The notes beneath the pieces are model-generated. The model ran no database searches and was not told the origin of the DNA. It was given only the letters and a program-made list of their open reading frames with translations. The translations under genes were made by a program, and so were the position numbers. Shown here one piece after another: positions 27,711-37,515 of a DNA stretch of 64,000 bases (within the stretch, counting starts at the first letter, position 1; each line of letters begins with the position of its first letter). Origin of the DNA: Candidatus Woesearchaeota archaeon (GTDB taxonomy: Archaea; Nanobdellota; Nanobdellia; Pacearchaeales; UBA284); the NCBI GenBank assembly GCA_964354405.1, contig CAYGZP010000002.1, positions 71,671 through 135,670 of the forward strand, written 5' to 3'.

Positions 27711-28358
27711 ATGGAAAAATTAAAGAATATTATCTTGGCAGGTTGCTTTTTGTGCTCCAGTCTTTTTTCTAAAGAATTAGTCGACAGTTTATCATATAAG
27801 TTTAACATCTTGTGTTTTGATGGCAAATGTACTCTAAAAATCTATGATTTAGGCAATAACATCCTTGAGCTGTATAGCAAGATAGAGCCGCGAGGACTGC
27901 TAAGCACAATTATTCCAGTAATAACCAAATTTGAGTGCAGGACAGAAATGCAGAAAGAGCAGAGCATTTATACTGAAAGTGGCAGTAAGAATATCTATTA
28001 TTTTAATGCAGGCAGTAAAAGGAAAGACATCCTGTCCGCGGTTCATGGTTTCTTAGAATACTGCCGGGGCGACAGCCTTGAAAAGCATCCCATTTTCAGT
28101 GAGAATTCTTTGGAAGTGTTTGTTAAAAATAAGAATAGTATAGTCAAAAACGCAATCTTAGAAGATTATCTATTGTATTACAATAATGAGGTTGTCCAAA
28201 CCAAAAAAGTCACGATAAAAAACTGTCCGGATAACAAGACAGATATTTATCTCTATATTTTTGAGGGCAAAGTCATCCGTGCAGACATGACTGTAAGCAC
28301 CATTTTTGGGACTCCAACTCTAACAGCAATACCCATAGAACCCGAAGAGAAAAAATAG
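27711..28358 (+). CDS. hypothetical secreted/lipoprotein-like protein
   Basis: 215 aa; N-terminal hydrophobic segment ending in LAGCFLCSS. Confidence 0.4.
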   Translation: MEKLKNIILAGCFLCSSLFSKELVDSLSYKFNILCFDGKCTLKIYDLGNNILELYSKIEPRGLLSTIIPVITKFECRTEMQKEQSIYTESGSKNIYYFNAGSKRKDILSAVHGFLEYCRGDSLEKHPIFSENSLEVFVKNKNSIVKNAILEDYLLYYNNEVVQTKKVTIKNCPDNKTDIYLYIFEGKVIRADMTVSTIFGTPTLTAIPIEPEEKK

Positions 28359-28367
28359 CTAACGCGC

Positions 28368-28964
28368 TTACCTCGCCGAGTCTGCTTGCTTTTCTGTCTC
28401 GATTTTCTTTGTAACTGCAAAACTTTCATTGCTTCTCTGGCTGGCGAGTATAATCTCGTTAGCAAGAGTCTCTTGAATTTTCTTTTTCTTGCCGAATGAC
28501 TTGTCATGCGCGCCATGAATCATATTTCTTAATGCAAGATTAACCCGTCGCAAAGGAGAAATATCAACAGCCTGGGGATATCTCGCTCCACCATATTCGA
28601 TAGTTGTGATTTCGTCGCGAGGCGAAGCATTCTCAATCGCCCTCACAAGAATCTGCACAGGATTTTCTTTAGTTTTCTCGCCGATAAGTTTGAGTGTGTC
28701 AAGAACAATATTCGCGCCTTGCGTATACTTGCCCGAGACTTTTGTCATAATCTTGTGTTTCTTTCCCCTATGCCCAGGAACTGCCAATTCATTGATGAGC
28801 CTTTCAACAATGTTGACTTTTGCCTTGCCAAATTTTTCAACATGTCTCCCTTTTGACTTTAACAGCAATCTCGCATCCAAATTGATATATTTCCTCAATG
28901 CAGGATCTTCCACTCGAATTTCAGAAACATCATAAACATCAAACAGTTTCATATTATCCCCCAT
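28368..28964 (-). CDS. rps7: 30S ribosomal protein uS7
   Basis: 198 aa; archaeal S7 N-terminus KLFDVYDVSEIRVEDPALRKYINLD and conserved core. Confidence 0.9.
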   Translation of the reverse strand: MGDNMKLFDVYDVSEIRVEDPALRKYINLDARLLLKSKGRHVEKFGKAKVNIVERLINELAVPGHRGKKHKIMTKVSGKYTQGANIVLDTLKLIGEKTKENPVQILVRAIENASPRDEITTIEYGGARYPQAVDISPLRRVNLALRNMIHGAHDKSFGKKKKIQETLANEIILASQRSNESFAVTKKIETEKQADSAR

Positions 28965-29386
28965 TATCTCCTACCCTTCTCTATCTTTCCATGAACAAGC
29001 ATCGAAAGGGGCTGGTCATTTACTTTTATTACCTGATAACGAACACAAGGAATATCGCCTTTGGCTCTTCCCTGTTTTCCGCCGATACTTTCAATCAGGA
29101 CTTCATCGTGCTCGTCGATAAACTTCTGTGCCAAATTGCCGGGAAGAAAGGCAGTAACCTGCCTGTTATTCTTGATAAGCTGAACTCTAACGCACTTTCT
29201 CATTGCTGAATTTGGCTGCTTAGCCTCCATTTGAACTTTTTCAAGGACAATTCCCTTGGCTTGAGCAGCTCCCTCAAGAGGATCTGATTTTTCCTTTAAG
29301 TGTAAAAGTCTTTTCTTGTAATTCCAAATACTCCAACGCGCGCTTTGGCGCTTTTTCTTCAATTTTCTTCCACTCATTAATCCCAT
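28964..29386 (-). CDS. rps12: 30S ribosomal protein uS12
   Basis: 140 aa; [26 protein letters not shown]...CVRYQVIKV signature. Confidence 0.9.
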   Translation of the reverse strand: MGLMSGRKLKKKRQSARWSIWNYKKRLLHLKEKSDPLEGAAQAKGIVLEKVQMEAKQPNSAMRKCVRVQLIKNNRQVTAFLPGNLAQKFIDEHDEVLIESIGGKQGRAKGDIPCVRYQVIKVNDQPLSMLVHGKIEKGRR

Positions 29387-29454
29387 TTTCCAAGTTCCTT
29401 AGCAAAGTAAATGTCCATAACTAACTTTATAAATGTTTTTCTCCTATTAGCGAT

Positions 29455-29874
29455 ATGACAACAATTCATTATGAAAATGCCGAGGACATCAAGAGAAAAA
29501 TTGAATTAATTGTCCGAATTCTCGATATGAAACATGTCAATCCATCTCGAGTCTATTGTATCAGGAGCCATGGCTCGAGTTCTCGAGGAATAATCGCGAG
29601 ATGTCATTCGCTGCCAAAAATCATGCAGCAAGTTCTCGCGATAGAGCCCGCATACATAATTGAGGTTATCAGCGAGAGTTTTGACAAGCAAAAGGAAGAA
29701 GAACAAGTCAAAACTTTAATTCATGAACTCATGCACATCCCAAAAACATTCGGCGGAGGATTCTTGCATCACAATGTTGTGACTCGAACAAAAATAGACA
29801 GACTTTACAACAAATTCCGCCAGTTCCAAAGTTCGTCGCTGTCAAGTAAAAATATCGTCGAGCAAAAGATTTAA
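29455..29874 (+). CDS. putative HExxH zinc metallopeptidase (SprT/WLM-like minimal zincin)
   Basis: 139 aa; single LIHELMHIP HExxH motif followed by a Gly-rich segment (KTFGGGFLHHN). Confidence 0.4.
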   Translation: MTTIHYENAEDIKRKIELIVRILDMKHVNPSRVYCIRSHGSSSRGIIARCHSLPKIMQQVLAIEPAYIIEVISESFDKQKEEEQVKTLIHELMHIPKTFGGGFLHHNVVTRTKIDRLYNKFRQFQSSSLSSKNIVEQKI

Positions 29875-29960
29875 ATATTCGAGAGCATTTGAAATTGCAT
29901 AATAAATGGCTAAGGCTTTATTACATTCACATTAAAGCTATGAAAAGGAGGTAAATCAAA

Positions 29961-30086
29961 ATGGGAAAAGTTCTCGTAAGAGGCGTAGTTAAAAGAAAGA
30001 AAGGTTATCTTTACTATGTTGACGGAAAAGGAAACGTCTGCGAAGCAAAGATGGCACGCGGCGGACGAAAGAAGAAAAAGAGATAA
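29961..30086 (+). CDS. conserved-looking small basic protein (41 aa), not in ORF track
   Basis: ATG preceded by the strong SD AAAGGAGGT; translation MGKVLVRGVVKRKKGYLYYVDGKGNVCEAKMARGGRKKKKR. Confidence 0.4.
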   Translation: MGKVLVRGVVKRKKGYLYYVDGKGNVCEAKMARGGRKKKKR

Positions 30087-30140
30087 AACTCTTTTTTATT
30101 TTTTTATTTTAATTTTCTTTTTTTTTGTTTTTTATTAGTT

Positions 30141-31073
30141 CTATGTTTGTGTTGTAATGTTAAAGCAGATTTCTTTCATATTATATGCTGTGCTTTTTAT
30201 TTCATTACAAAGACTTGCGTTTCCGTTTTCAATGGCATACCACTGAATGCATAAATCCTTTTGAGTATCAAGATTTTCCATTGTGCATGAGAAATCACAT
30301 GAAATGTTTCTACACTCTGTCCAGTCTTTAGTCGCCTTTGCCTTGCAGAATCCCCTGGCTTTGGGCATACTGCACTTGTCGCATACAGAAATATCCCCTG
30401 TAATAATAACATACTCTTGAATACATCCATCATAATCTGTCACATTGAATAACTTGAACAATAAGTCACAGGCATAGTCACTCCTAGATTCAAGTGCAAT
30501 GTTTGCCACGCATCTGCTAATTTTACCATCACGCGACCATCCGTTTGCATCAACAAGGGGTTCGGACATCAAGGAGCTGCAATTATCAATGATTATTTTC
30601 TCAAGCGCAGCGCGCTGCGCTTCTAAGTCAATTATAGAAAAATTAGTTCTTGCGACTATAATCCCGCTATCGTTTTTAATTGTCAGAAGCTCAATAATGT
30701 ATTCGCCCACTACAAGCCCATGATAATATTTATTTTGTTCTACCCAAGTGGAGGTTTTTGCAACGAATGTTTCATACACCGGCTTTATTACATTCCCTCC
30801 CTCATCAAGGATTCTAAACCCATAGATTGTTCCTTTAACAAGTCCTCGCTGCTGGAGAAAAAACCATAAGTCTATTCCAAGAGAGCTTATCACATTTTTA
30901 TCATTATCCAGAACAACCACTTGGACATCAGGAGAAATATTTTCAGAAATGCTTAAATTTAATCCCGGAGGCGTTTCAGTTTGTTGAAAACACCCACTTC
31001 CGCTCACTAAAACTATCACAATTAACAATATTGCAAATAAAATATAAGATGTTACACCCCATTTTTTATTCAT
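30141..31073 (-). CDS. secreted hypothetical protein (310 aa), Cys-rich
   Basis: N-terminal TM/signal (YILFAILLIVIVLVSGSGC) and many Cys residues in the C-terminal half. Confidence 0.4.
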   Translation of the reverse strand: MNKKWGVTSYILFAILLIVIVLVSGSGCFQQTETPPGLNLSISENISPDVQVVVLDNDKNVISSLGIDLWFFLQQRGLVKGTIYGFRILDEGGNVIKPVYETFVAKTSTWVEQNKYYHGLVVGEYIIELLTIKNDSGIIVARTNFSIIDLEAQRAALEKIIIDNCSSLMSEPLVDANGWSRDGKISRCVANIALESRSDYACDLLFKLFNVTDYDGCIQEYVIITGDISVCDKCSMPKARGFCKAKATKDWTECRNISCDFSCTMENLDTQKDLCIQWYAIENGNASLCNEIKSTAYNMKEICFNITTQT

Positions 31074-31117
31074 ATTAAATATAGAATCTGTTTGTTTATA
31101 GGTTTTTCGGAGGAGTA

Positions 31118-31143
31118 AATTGCAACTAATCGCTGTTGAGTGA
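31118..31143. repeat. 27-bp direct repeat copy A flanking TA cassette
   Basis: attgcaactaatcgc-tgttgagtgag, a 25/27 match to the copy at 31726..31752. Confidence 0.6.
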
Positions 31144-31166
31144 GGTCAAGCGTAGCAAGAAAATTT

Positions 31167-31418
31167 TTAATCTTCGTAAATATTCTTTCTGTGTCCAGCT
31201 TTCACAACTATAAGAGTCTTTGTCGAATTATCTATATCAATAATTAATCTATAATCTCCAACTCTCAACTTAAAACCTCTAATTTCTTCAAGATGCTCGA
31301 GAAAGTGAAATGGGTCTTCTTTACATTGTTGGAGTTTATTCCAAATTCTTTCTTTAAGTTCTTTTTCAAGATTATTAAGAAAGTCTAGGGCTTTCTTTTC
31401 AAAAATAAGATTATACAT
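31167..31418 (-). CDS. relE: RelE/ParE-family toxin
   Basis: 83 aa; C-terminal GDYRLIIDIDNSTKTLIVVKAGHRKNIY matches the RelE/ParE fold signature. Confidence 0.7.
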   Translation of the reverse strand: MYNLIFEKKALDFLNNLEKELKERIWNKLQQCKEDPFHFLEHLEEIRGFKLRVGDYRLIIDIDNSTKTLIVVKAGHRKNIYED

Positions 31419-31424
31419 CTCTTT

Positions 31425-31667
31425 TTACAAGCCAAGAATTTTCTTAGCTTCTTCTTCAGTATAGAACTCGCCTTTTTTAATTCTTTCTCTAGCTTCTTTT
31501 ATTTCAAGAATAGTTTTTTGACTTAATTTTGGTTCTTTTTCGCACATTTTTGCTAAATAAATAAGTTTTCTAACTAGTTCATCATAGCTTTCGCTTTTGT
31601 ATTGTTTGAAAGCATCTAATTCTGTCTTTGTTGTTTGATTAAGTCTTATTGTTGTTTCCATATACAA
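31425..31667 (-). CDS. putative antitoxin (80 aa) of RelE-type pair
   Basis: Small ORF immediately upstream of the toxin, separated by 6 nt; helical and Lys/Glu-rich. Confidence 0.5.
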   Translation of the reverse strand: MYMETTIRLNQTTKTELDAFKQYKSESYDELVRKLIYLAKMCEKEPKLSQKTILEIKEARERIKKGEFYTEEEAKKILGL

Positions 31668-31725
31668 TTGTATACCTATGTATATTTAAATCTTTCGATT
31701 GCTACCTTTTCAGCCCTAATTTTGA

Positions 31726-31752
31726 ATTGCAACTAATCGCCTGTTAAGTGAG
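31726..31752. repeat. 27-bp direct repeat copy B flanking TA cassette
   Basis: attgcaactaatcgcctgttaagtgag, followed by a GC-rich segment (gcgaaagtgcaacgtcccgagcaaccgaggggcgg). Confidence 0.6.
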
Positions 31753-31814
31753 CTGAAGGCGAAAGTGCAACGTCCCGAGCAACCGAGGGGCGGAGAGTAA
31801 ATTTTAGCACGCGT

Positions 31815-32525
31815 CTATTCATTACTCTTATTATCCTTTATTTTTCTATAATACCATACAAACCAAATTCCCCCGATTAAGGTTATCAGAGAAAGAATTA
31901 TGAACATTGGTTCATTGATTGATTGAATCCCATTCCCGATATAAGCTAAACTTAAACTCCCGCTAATATGCCCAATTGCCATCAATGGTAAGAATATTCT
32001 TGGACCCATAGCCGAAAATCCTGCAAAGTATGAAAGCTCATCGTCAGGGAATAATGGCAAGAAATATGCTAAGAACAGCAACAGCTTACCCTTTTCAAAA
32101 TAATGATCATATTTTTTTATGGTTTCTTCTTTTACAACATGCTTTATTATTTTTCTTCCTAAATATCTTCCTAAATAAAATGCTATTGCTGTTCCGATAA
32201 CTCTACCAATCCAATTATAGATAAATCCCCACCATGTTCCAAAAATAAATCCTCCTGCGATAGATACGGCATAATGGCTAAAAGGAGTAATTACGACTTG
32301 TAGGATTTGAAGAACAATAAAAACAAGCGGAGCGAATATTCCAAATTGATTAACAAAATTTCTTATCGTCTCTTGACTTCCAAAAAATGAAGATGGAAAA
32401 ATGTAACCAAGAATCAATAAGGCGATTGGAATAAATATTAATAGATACCATATAAGTTTAGCTTTTTTCATATAATAATAGTTAGGGAGGATTTGTTTAT
32501 TAAACTTTTTCTTTTGGCGCACCAA
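31815..32525 (-). CDS. DedA/TVP38 (SNARE-associated) family membrane protein
   Basis: 236 aa; multi-TM protein with the GxxxG...FLPLFPDDEL pattern of DedA/TVP38. Confidence 0.55.
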   Translation of the reverse strand: MVRQKKKFNKQILPNYYYMKKAKLIWYLLIFIPIALLILGYIFPSSFFGSQETIRNFVNQFGIFAPLVFIVLQILQVVITPFSHYAVSIAGGFIFGTWWGFIYNWIGRVIGTAIAFYLGRYLGRKIIKHVVKEETIKKYDHYFEKGKLLLFLAYFLPLFPDDELSYFAGFSAMGPRIFLPLMAIGHISGSLSLAYIGNGIQSINEPMFIILSLITLIGGIWFVWYYRKIKDNKSNE

Positions 32526-32585
32526 AATTTATTTCACATAATCGCTGTTCTAAAAATATAAAAATCCTGCTTAAGTGAATAATAT

Positions 32586-33578
32586 ATGAAAAAGAGATTG
32601 TTGTGTCTAGGCATCGAAGCCACAGCTCACACTTTCGGGGTAGGTGTTATGGATTCGACAGGCAAGATTCTTAGCAATGTCAAAGACACTTACACAACAG
32701 AGAAAGGTGGCATTGTTCCAGTTGAAGCTGCGAAGCACCATGATAATGTTAAAGATAAGGTTTTGAATCAGGCCTTGGATGAATCAGGTTTATCTCTTAA
32801 TGATATGGACATTATAGCTTACTCTCAAGGCCCTGGTTTAGCTCCATGCTTGTTGAGAGGCTTGCATCTTGCTAAAGAGCTGGCAAAGAAATACAAAAAG
32901 CCATTAGTTCCTGTTAACCATTGCATTGCGCATATTGAGATCGGCCGAATTCTTTGTAAATGCAAAGATCCTGTGTTGCTTTATTGTTCAGGCGCTAATA
33001 CTCAAATCATTAGTTATGTCGCTGGGAAATATCGCATTTTTGGCGAAACTCTAGATATAGGCATAGGCAATTTTATTGACACTTTTGCAAGGCATGCTGG
33101 AATAGGATTTCCAGGCGGCCCAAGAATCGCAGAACTCGCGAGCAAAAGCAACAATCTGATTGAACTGCCTTACACTGTGAAAGGCATGGATGTCGCTTTC
33201 TCAGGATTATTAACAAACTTGAAACAGAAATATGATAAAGGCTTGAAACTTGAAGATTTGTCTTTTTCTTTACAAGAACATGCTTTTGCAATGCTAGTTG
33301 AAGTGGCTGAGCGAGCCATGGCACATCTCAAGAAGAAAGAACTCTTGCTTGGGGGTGGGGTAGCCTGTAACACTAGACTTCAAGAGATGTGTAATGTGAT
33401 GTGCAAGGAAAGGGGGGCGAAATCTCACTGCCCGCCCAATCAGGTTCTTGTGGATAACGCAGCAATGATAGCCTGGACAGGCATTTTGATGTTCAAAGCC
33501 AAGCAAGTTATCGCGCCAGACAAGGCAGAGATCAAGCCTTATGAAAGAACAGATGATGTTGATGTCAAGTGGCTCTAG
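32586..33578 (+). CDS. kae1: tRNA N6-threonylcarbamoyladenosine synthase Kae1
   Basis: 330 aa; LGIEATAHTFGVGV start and the HCIAH metal-binding motif, as in the Kae1/TsaD family. Confidence 0.9.
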   Translation: MKKRLLCLGIEATAHTFGVGVMDSTGKILSNVKDTYTTEKGGIVPVEAAKHHDNVKDKVLNQALDESGLSLNDMDIIAYSQGPGLAPCLLRGLHLAKELAKKYKKPLVPVNHCIAHIEIGRILCKCKDPVLLYCSGANTQIISYVAGKYRIFGETLDIGIGNFIDTFARHAGIGFPGGPRIAELASKSNNLIELPYTVKGMDVAFSGLLTNLKQKYDKGLKLEDLSFSLQEHAFAMLVEVAERAMAHLKKKELLLGGGVACNTRLQEMCNVMCKERGAKSHCPPNQVLVDNAAMIAWTGILMFKAKQVIAPDKAEIKPYERTDDVDVKWL

Positions 33579-33825
33579 AAAAGCTATTAAAATTTGTCAC
33601 CACCATCTTATCCTCACGAGTTTTACCGACGATATTCTATAATTCATTAAAACCCCTTTCTCGTCATGCCGAATTATGTTACTAATAGACAGTCGTAACA
33701 GAAAACCGAATATCGAAAGGTTTATATAGGTGTTTTAACTGTAGAATAGTAATAATATGGCGGGTCAATTTACTTTGAATCGCCTAATAGATAAATTAAA
33801 TTTTTTAAAAAAAACGAAAAATAAA

Positions 33826-35187
33826 ATGAAAGGCAAACTATTTGGTTTGTTTTTTTTAGCTTTAGTAGCAAGTGTTCTAGCATTAACAGCTGTTTCTGCT
33901 GAGAGCTGGAAAGAGTATTCCACACCAGACGTCAAAGAATTGACAGTATATGTCAATGGCAATGCGGTTTGGTATGGTTACTGTTACGGCCCAACACACT
34001 ATGATCCTTCAGAGGATCCAGCTGGTGTGAGACCTTGGCCTCCTTACTGGAACTGTAATACATATCAGTATGCAACTCCGGCCTTAGAGAGAGGCGAGCA
34101 GCTTGTCGTAAAAGCTGTCTTCAAGGCAAACAAAGACATAGGCAACATGAAAGTTCATGTTTGGCTCAACGGCTACAGAGAAGAGTTAGAAGCAAGAACT
34201 GGCGAGTTCGATGTTTTCAAGGACAATCTATATTCAAAGACTTTGTTCATAGATGTTCCTACAGACATTGATGCCAGAGATGTTTACACTCTTTATGTAA
34301 AACTTGAGAAAAACGCAGAGCTTACAGGTGTCGACGAAGCTAAAGTAGACATGAATGTCCAAAGAATAGCTAATATCTTGGATATTTTAAGCATCGATTT
34401 ATATGACCACAACAGAGATAACATATTCAACGTAGGTTCAAACCTTTACGCTGATGTTGTTGTTAAAAATCGTGGTAACCATATAGCAGATGATGTCTAT
34501 GTCAAGGTTAGCATCAAAGAACTTGGCATAAGCAGAAATGTTTACTTAGGCGATCTCGAAGCTTATGACAACCACTTCCCTAACGACAACGAAGATGCAA
34601 AAAAGGTTACTGTTGCATTGGCTCTTCCACAGAGCACTGTTCCAGGAACTTATACAGTAGAAGTCGAGACATACAATTCAGAGCTTAGTGAGAAAGCAAC
34701 AAGAACCATCACTGTTGAAAAACAGTTGAACAAACAGGTTCAGGTTACTCCACAGGTTTCAGAAGCTGATGTCAAAGCAGGAAGCAAGGCTCAGTACAGC
34801 TTGTTTATAGTTAACACTGGCGACACTCAAGAGAATTTCATCGTTGAAGTATTAGGGGCAAACGGTTGGTCAACAACTGTAATCACTCCTGCTGCATTCA
34901 GCCTTGAATCTGGCGAAAGCAAGATTGTTGCTCTTGACTTAACTGTCGCAAAAGACGCTGAAGCAAAACAATATCCTTTCACAGTCCGAGTGAAATACGG
35001 AAATGAAGCTAAGCAATTTAACTTCATGGCTAACGTTTCAAAAGGCGCTGTATTTGATTGGAAAGTTGTTTTGATGATAATCGGCATCGCTTTAGCAGTA
35101 GCAATAATTGTTTTGCTTGTCATCACATTGATAAAGCAGGGCAAATCTGGAATCGAAGAGAAACCAGAACTCGAAAGCTACTACTAA
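33826..35187 (+). CDS. cell-surface (S-layer-like) protein with Sec signal and C-terminal TM anchor
   Basis: Signal peptide MKGKLFGLFFLALVASVLALTAVSA (the track ORF starts earlier, at 33757); beta-rich body; C-terminal VVLMIIGIALAVAIIVLLVITLIK anchor plus a charged tail. Confidence 0.5.
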   Translation: MKGKLFGLFFLALVASVLALTAVSAESWKEYSTPDVKELTVYVNGNAVWYGYCYGPTHYDPSEDPAGVRPWPPYWNCNTYQYATPALERGEQLVVKAVFKANKDIGNMKVHVWLNGYREELEARTGEFDVFKDNLYSKTLFIDVPTDIDARDVYTLYVKLEKNAELTGVDEAKVDMNVQRIANILDILSIDLYDHNRDNIFNVGSNLYADVVVKNRGNHIADDVYVKVSIKELGISRNVYLGDLEAYDNHFPNDNEDAKKVTVALALPQSTVPGTYTVEVETYNSELSEKATRTITVEKQLNKQVQVTPQVSEADVKAGSKAQYSLFIVNTGDTQENFIVEVLGANGWSTTVITPAAFSLESGESKIVALDLTVAKDAEAKQYPFTVRVKYGNEAKQFNFMANVSKGAVFDWKVVLMIIGIALAVAIIVLLVITLIKQGKSGIEEKPELESYY

Positions 35188-35447
35188 AATAGCTGAGAAC
35201 TCAAAAAGCTAAAAAAGCTAATACAAACAAGCTAAAAACAAACAAGTCAAGGTTGATATTTTATTTTTATTTTTTCAACCTTTTCTTTTTTTTCTTTTTC
35301 TTTTTTATTTTTTTATTTTTTCTTCCTTTTTTATTTTTAATATCTTCATTTAGTAACATTTTTAAATTAAAATCCTTTAAATCAATTAAGAGGTGGTGGT
35401 GCCTCGGAGCCTTATTCTGAGTGAGTTAAATTTGATGGGAGATTAAA

Positions 35448-36428
35448 ATGGGAAAGAGCACTTTAGCTTCAGCATTGGCATTGATGACTTTATTTTCACT
35501 CAGATGCTCATATTTCCTAAGAAATGAGTACGTATATAAACCTAAAGAGAATATCGTTGCTCCAAGAGGCTACAATATAACTTACCCAAATGAAATGGAT
35601 AGTTTTCTTTTAAATTTTCCCACAGAAATTCCAAGAGCAAGCAAAGTAGACAGGTATCTTACACCAGGAGCAAAATATTGTTTAGTCCACATTCGCCAAG
35701 CGCATTTAGTTGAAGACACTCCTGATAAATTTAAAAAACAAGTTGAAGATGTGCAAGAAGACATCTATCAAATTCTGGCTTATCTTATTCAACATAATGA
35801 TTTAAACCAAGTATATTTGGAGGGGGGAACTCGCCAAGTATGGACAGACAGTTTAAATATGCTGATAGATATGACTAGAGAATTCAATACAGATTATAGA
35901 GAAGAAAAAAGGAAAGTTAGTGAACTTGAAACTAAAATTAAAGATATCCAAGGAGGAAAATTAATTCCTCAAGAGCTATCTGATAGATGGCCAAACATCA
36001 TGAACAGATACCTATGCGACTTAAGGGAAGAGTTAAACCAGAGAAAATATTATTTAAAATTTTTGAAAGAGGTTAAAGAAAATGGTGAAGAACAATTTAA
36101 AGATGTATGTAAGTATGATGCTGCTATTAAAGCCGCTATCGAACATGGAATTAAAATAATGGCTGCAGAGGATGGCTTAACTGACAATCGGGATAACCTA
36201 GAACAAAGAGAGGAGGTTCTTTTGCAAATTATTGCAAGACAAAACAATCCTTTAGCTGTATGCATCTATGGGGGTGCCCATGCATGGGGAGGGAATCGAT
36301 CCTTTGGCAAACCTTATTCCTTAGTGGGTAGATCATCTCTAAAAGATAATATTGCTGAATGGAATATAAAATATCCTGAAAAGAAGTTTTCGCTGATAGA
36401 AATAATACCAATGTCTTATAGTAGATAA
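35448..36428 (+). CDS. hypothetical secreted protein (326 aa)
   Basis: N-terminal hydrophobic signal-like segment; no identifiable motif. Confidence 0.4.
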   Translation: MGKSTLASALALMTLFSLRCSYFLRNEYVYKPKENIVAPRGYNITYPNEMDSFLLNFPTEIPRASKVDRYLTPGAKYCLVHIRQAHLVEDTPDKFKKQVEDVQEDIYQILAYLIQHNDLNQVYLEGGTRQVWTDSLNMLIDMTREFNTDYREEKRKVSELETKIKDIQGGKLIPQELSDRWPNIMNRYLCDLREELNQRKYYLKFLKEVKENGEEQFKDVCKYDAAIKAAIEHGIKIMAAEDGLTDNRDNLEQREEVLLQIIARQNNPLAVCIYGGAHAWGGNRSFGKPYSLVGRSSLKDNIAEWNIKYPEKKFSLIEIIPMSYSR

Positions 36429-36518
36429 ATTTTTAAATCTCCTTTTTCTCTAACAACTATAAACCATATGACCAAAGCCAAGGCTGAAAAAGCTGAAGCT
36501 AATGAGGGAGGTTAAAAA

Positions 36519-36875
36519 ATGGTTTCTGCATATGAAATAGTAGAAGTTGCTAGAAAGACAGGAAAAATTGAGAAAGGCGTTAATGAAGTTACCAAGGCTG
36601 TTGAGCGAGCCACTGCAAAACTTGTTGTCATAGCTGAAGATGTTAATCCAAAGGAAATAACACAACATCTTCCAATGTTATGCCAAGAGAAGGGGATTGC
36701 TTATACTGTAGTTGACTCAAGAAAGAAGTTAGGGGTTGCTGCAGGCATCAATGTTAGCGCAGCAACAATCGCTGTCATCGAAGCCGGAGATGCTGCCAGA
36801 GACATCGCTGTTTTCAGCAAGGGCAAGGCATCAAAAGCCCACGAAAAAGCAACTGAAGAAAAAGCTACTGATTAA
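36519..36875 (+). CDS. rpl7ae: 50S ribosomal protein L7Ae (eL8 family; also C/D and H/ACA sRNP component)
   Basis: 118 aa; [29 protein letters not shown]...[15 protein letters not shown] core; SD GAGGGAGGT lies upstream. Confidence 0.85.
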   Translation: MVSAYEIVEVARKTGKIEKGVNEVTKAVERATAKLVVIAEDVNPKEITQHLPMLCQEKGIAYTVVDSRKKLGVAAGINVSAATIAVIEAGDAARDIAVFSKGKASKAHEKATEEKATD

Positions 36876-36901
36876 ATAAAACACAAAACACACACGCGAA
36901 C

Positions 36902-37198
36902 ATGGGAAGCAATAAACAGCAAAACATCAAAGAAGGCAAAGCCGGCGAAACGAGGGGCATGGAAAAATTCTTAGGAGAGGCTGTGCCCGCCGTAGTTGAA
37001 GAAATATCAGGACGAACAGGATTTAGAGGAGAGCTAACACAAGTTCGTGTAAGAATTATCCAAGGAAATGACAAGGGCAAAGTCATAAGAAGAAATGTAA
37101 AAGGTCCTGTAAGATTGAAAGATATTTTAATGTTAAGAGAGACTCAAATCGAATCCCGAAGAATAAGAACAAAAGTGATGAAAGGAGCGTTCACTTAA
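36902..37198 (+). CDS. rps28e: 30S ribosomal protein eS28
   Basis: [49 protein letters not shown] matches the eS28 signature; the true start may be the internal Met at 36959. Confidence 0.85.
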   Translation: MGSNKQQNIKEGKAGETRGMEKFLGEAVPAVVEEISGRTGFRGELTQVRVRIIQGNDKGKVIRRNVKGPVRLKDILMLRETQIESRRIRTKVMKGAFT

Positions 37199-37214
37199 AA
37201 AAACAAATCGAAAA

Positions 37215-37397
37215 ATGCCAAAATGTTTTTTCTGTTCGAGAGATGTTGAACCTGGCCGCGGGATAATGTTTGTTACTCTTGAAGGCAAAATATTATATTT
37301 CTGCTCGCACAAATGTCGCAAGGCTTTCAAGCACAACAGAAGCAGAAAGCAGAAATGGATTACGAAGCAAAGGAAATCTGAGAAAACTGCCAAATAA
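37215..37397 (+). CDS. rpl24e: 50S ribosomal protein eL24
   Basis: 60 aa; [34 protein letters not shown] zinc-binding eL24 signature. Confidence 0.85.
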   Translation: MPKCFFCSRDVEPGRGIMFVTLEGKILYFCSHKCRKAFKHNRSRKQKWITKQRKSEKTAK

Positions 37398-37515
37398 AGC
37401 AAAGTTTAAATAACAATTCTTCTATTTTAATCTATATATTGCAATATACTAAATATTGTACTATACTAAAAGAGGTAAATCAGTTAAACAGAAATATAAA
37501 CTGTAAAATAAAAAA

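Noticed and set aside
31753-31800. GC-rich segment after repeat copy B considered as a tRNA fragment
   Set aside because: There is no cloverleaf and no T-loop or D-loop consensus. It is left as part of the repeat/cassette observation.
33579-33756. 178-nt intergenic region after kae1 considered as a C/D-box sRNA or other ncRNA (L7Ae is encoded nearby)
   Set aside because: No clear C (RUGAUGA) and D (CUGA) box pair or stable stem is evident by eye. This cannot be supported without folding or covariance tools.
35188-35447. Long T-rich low-complexity intergenic tract (ttttctttttttctttttcttttttattttttt...) considered as a CRISPR, repeat array or ncRNA
   Set aside because: It has no regular repeat-spacer periodicity. 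It looks like an AT-rich terminator or promoter spacer between convergent and adjacent genes.
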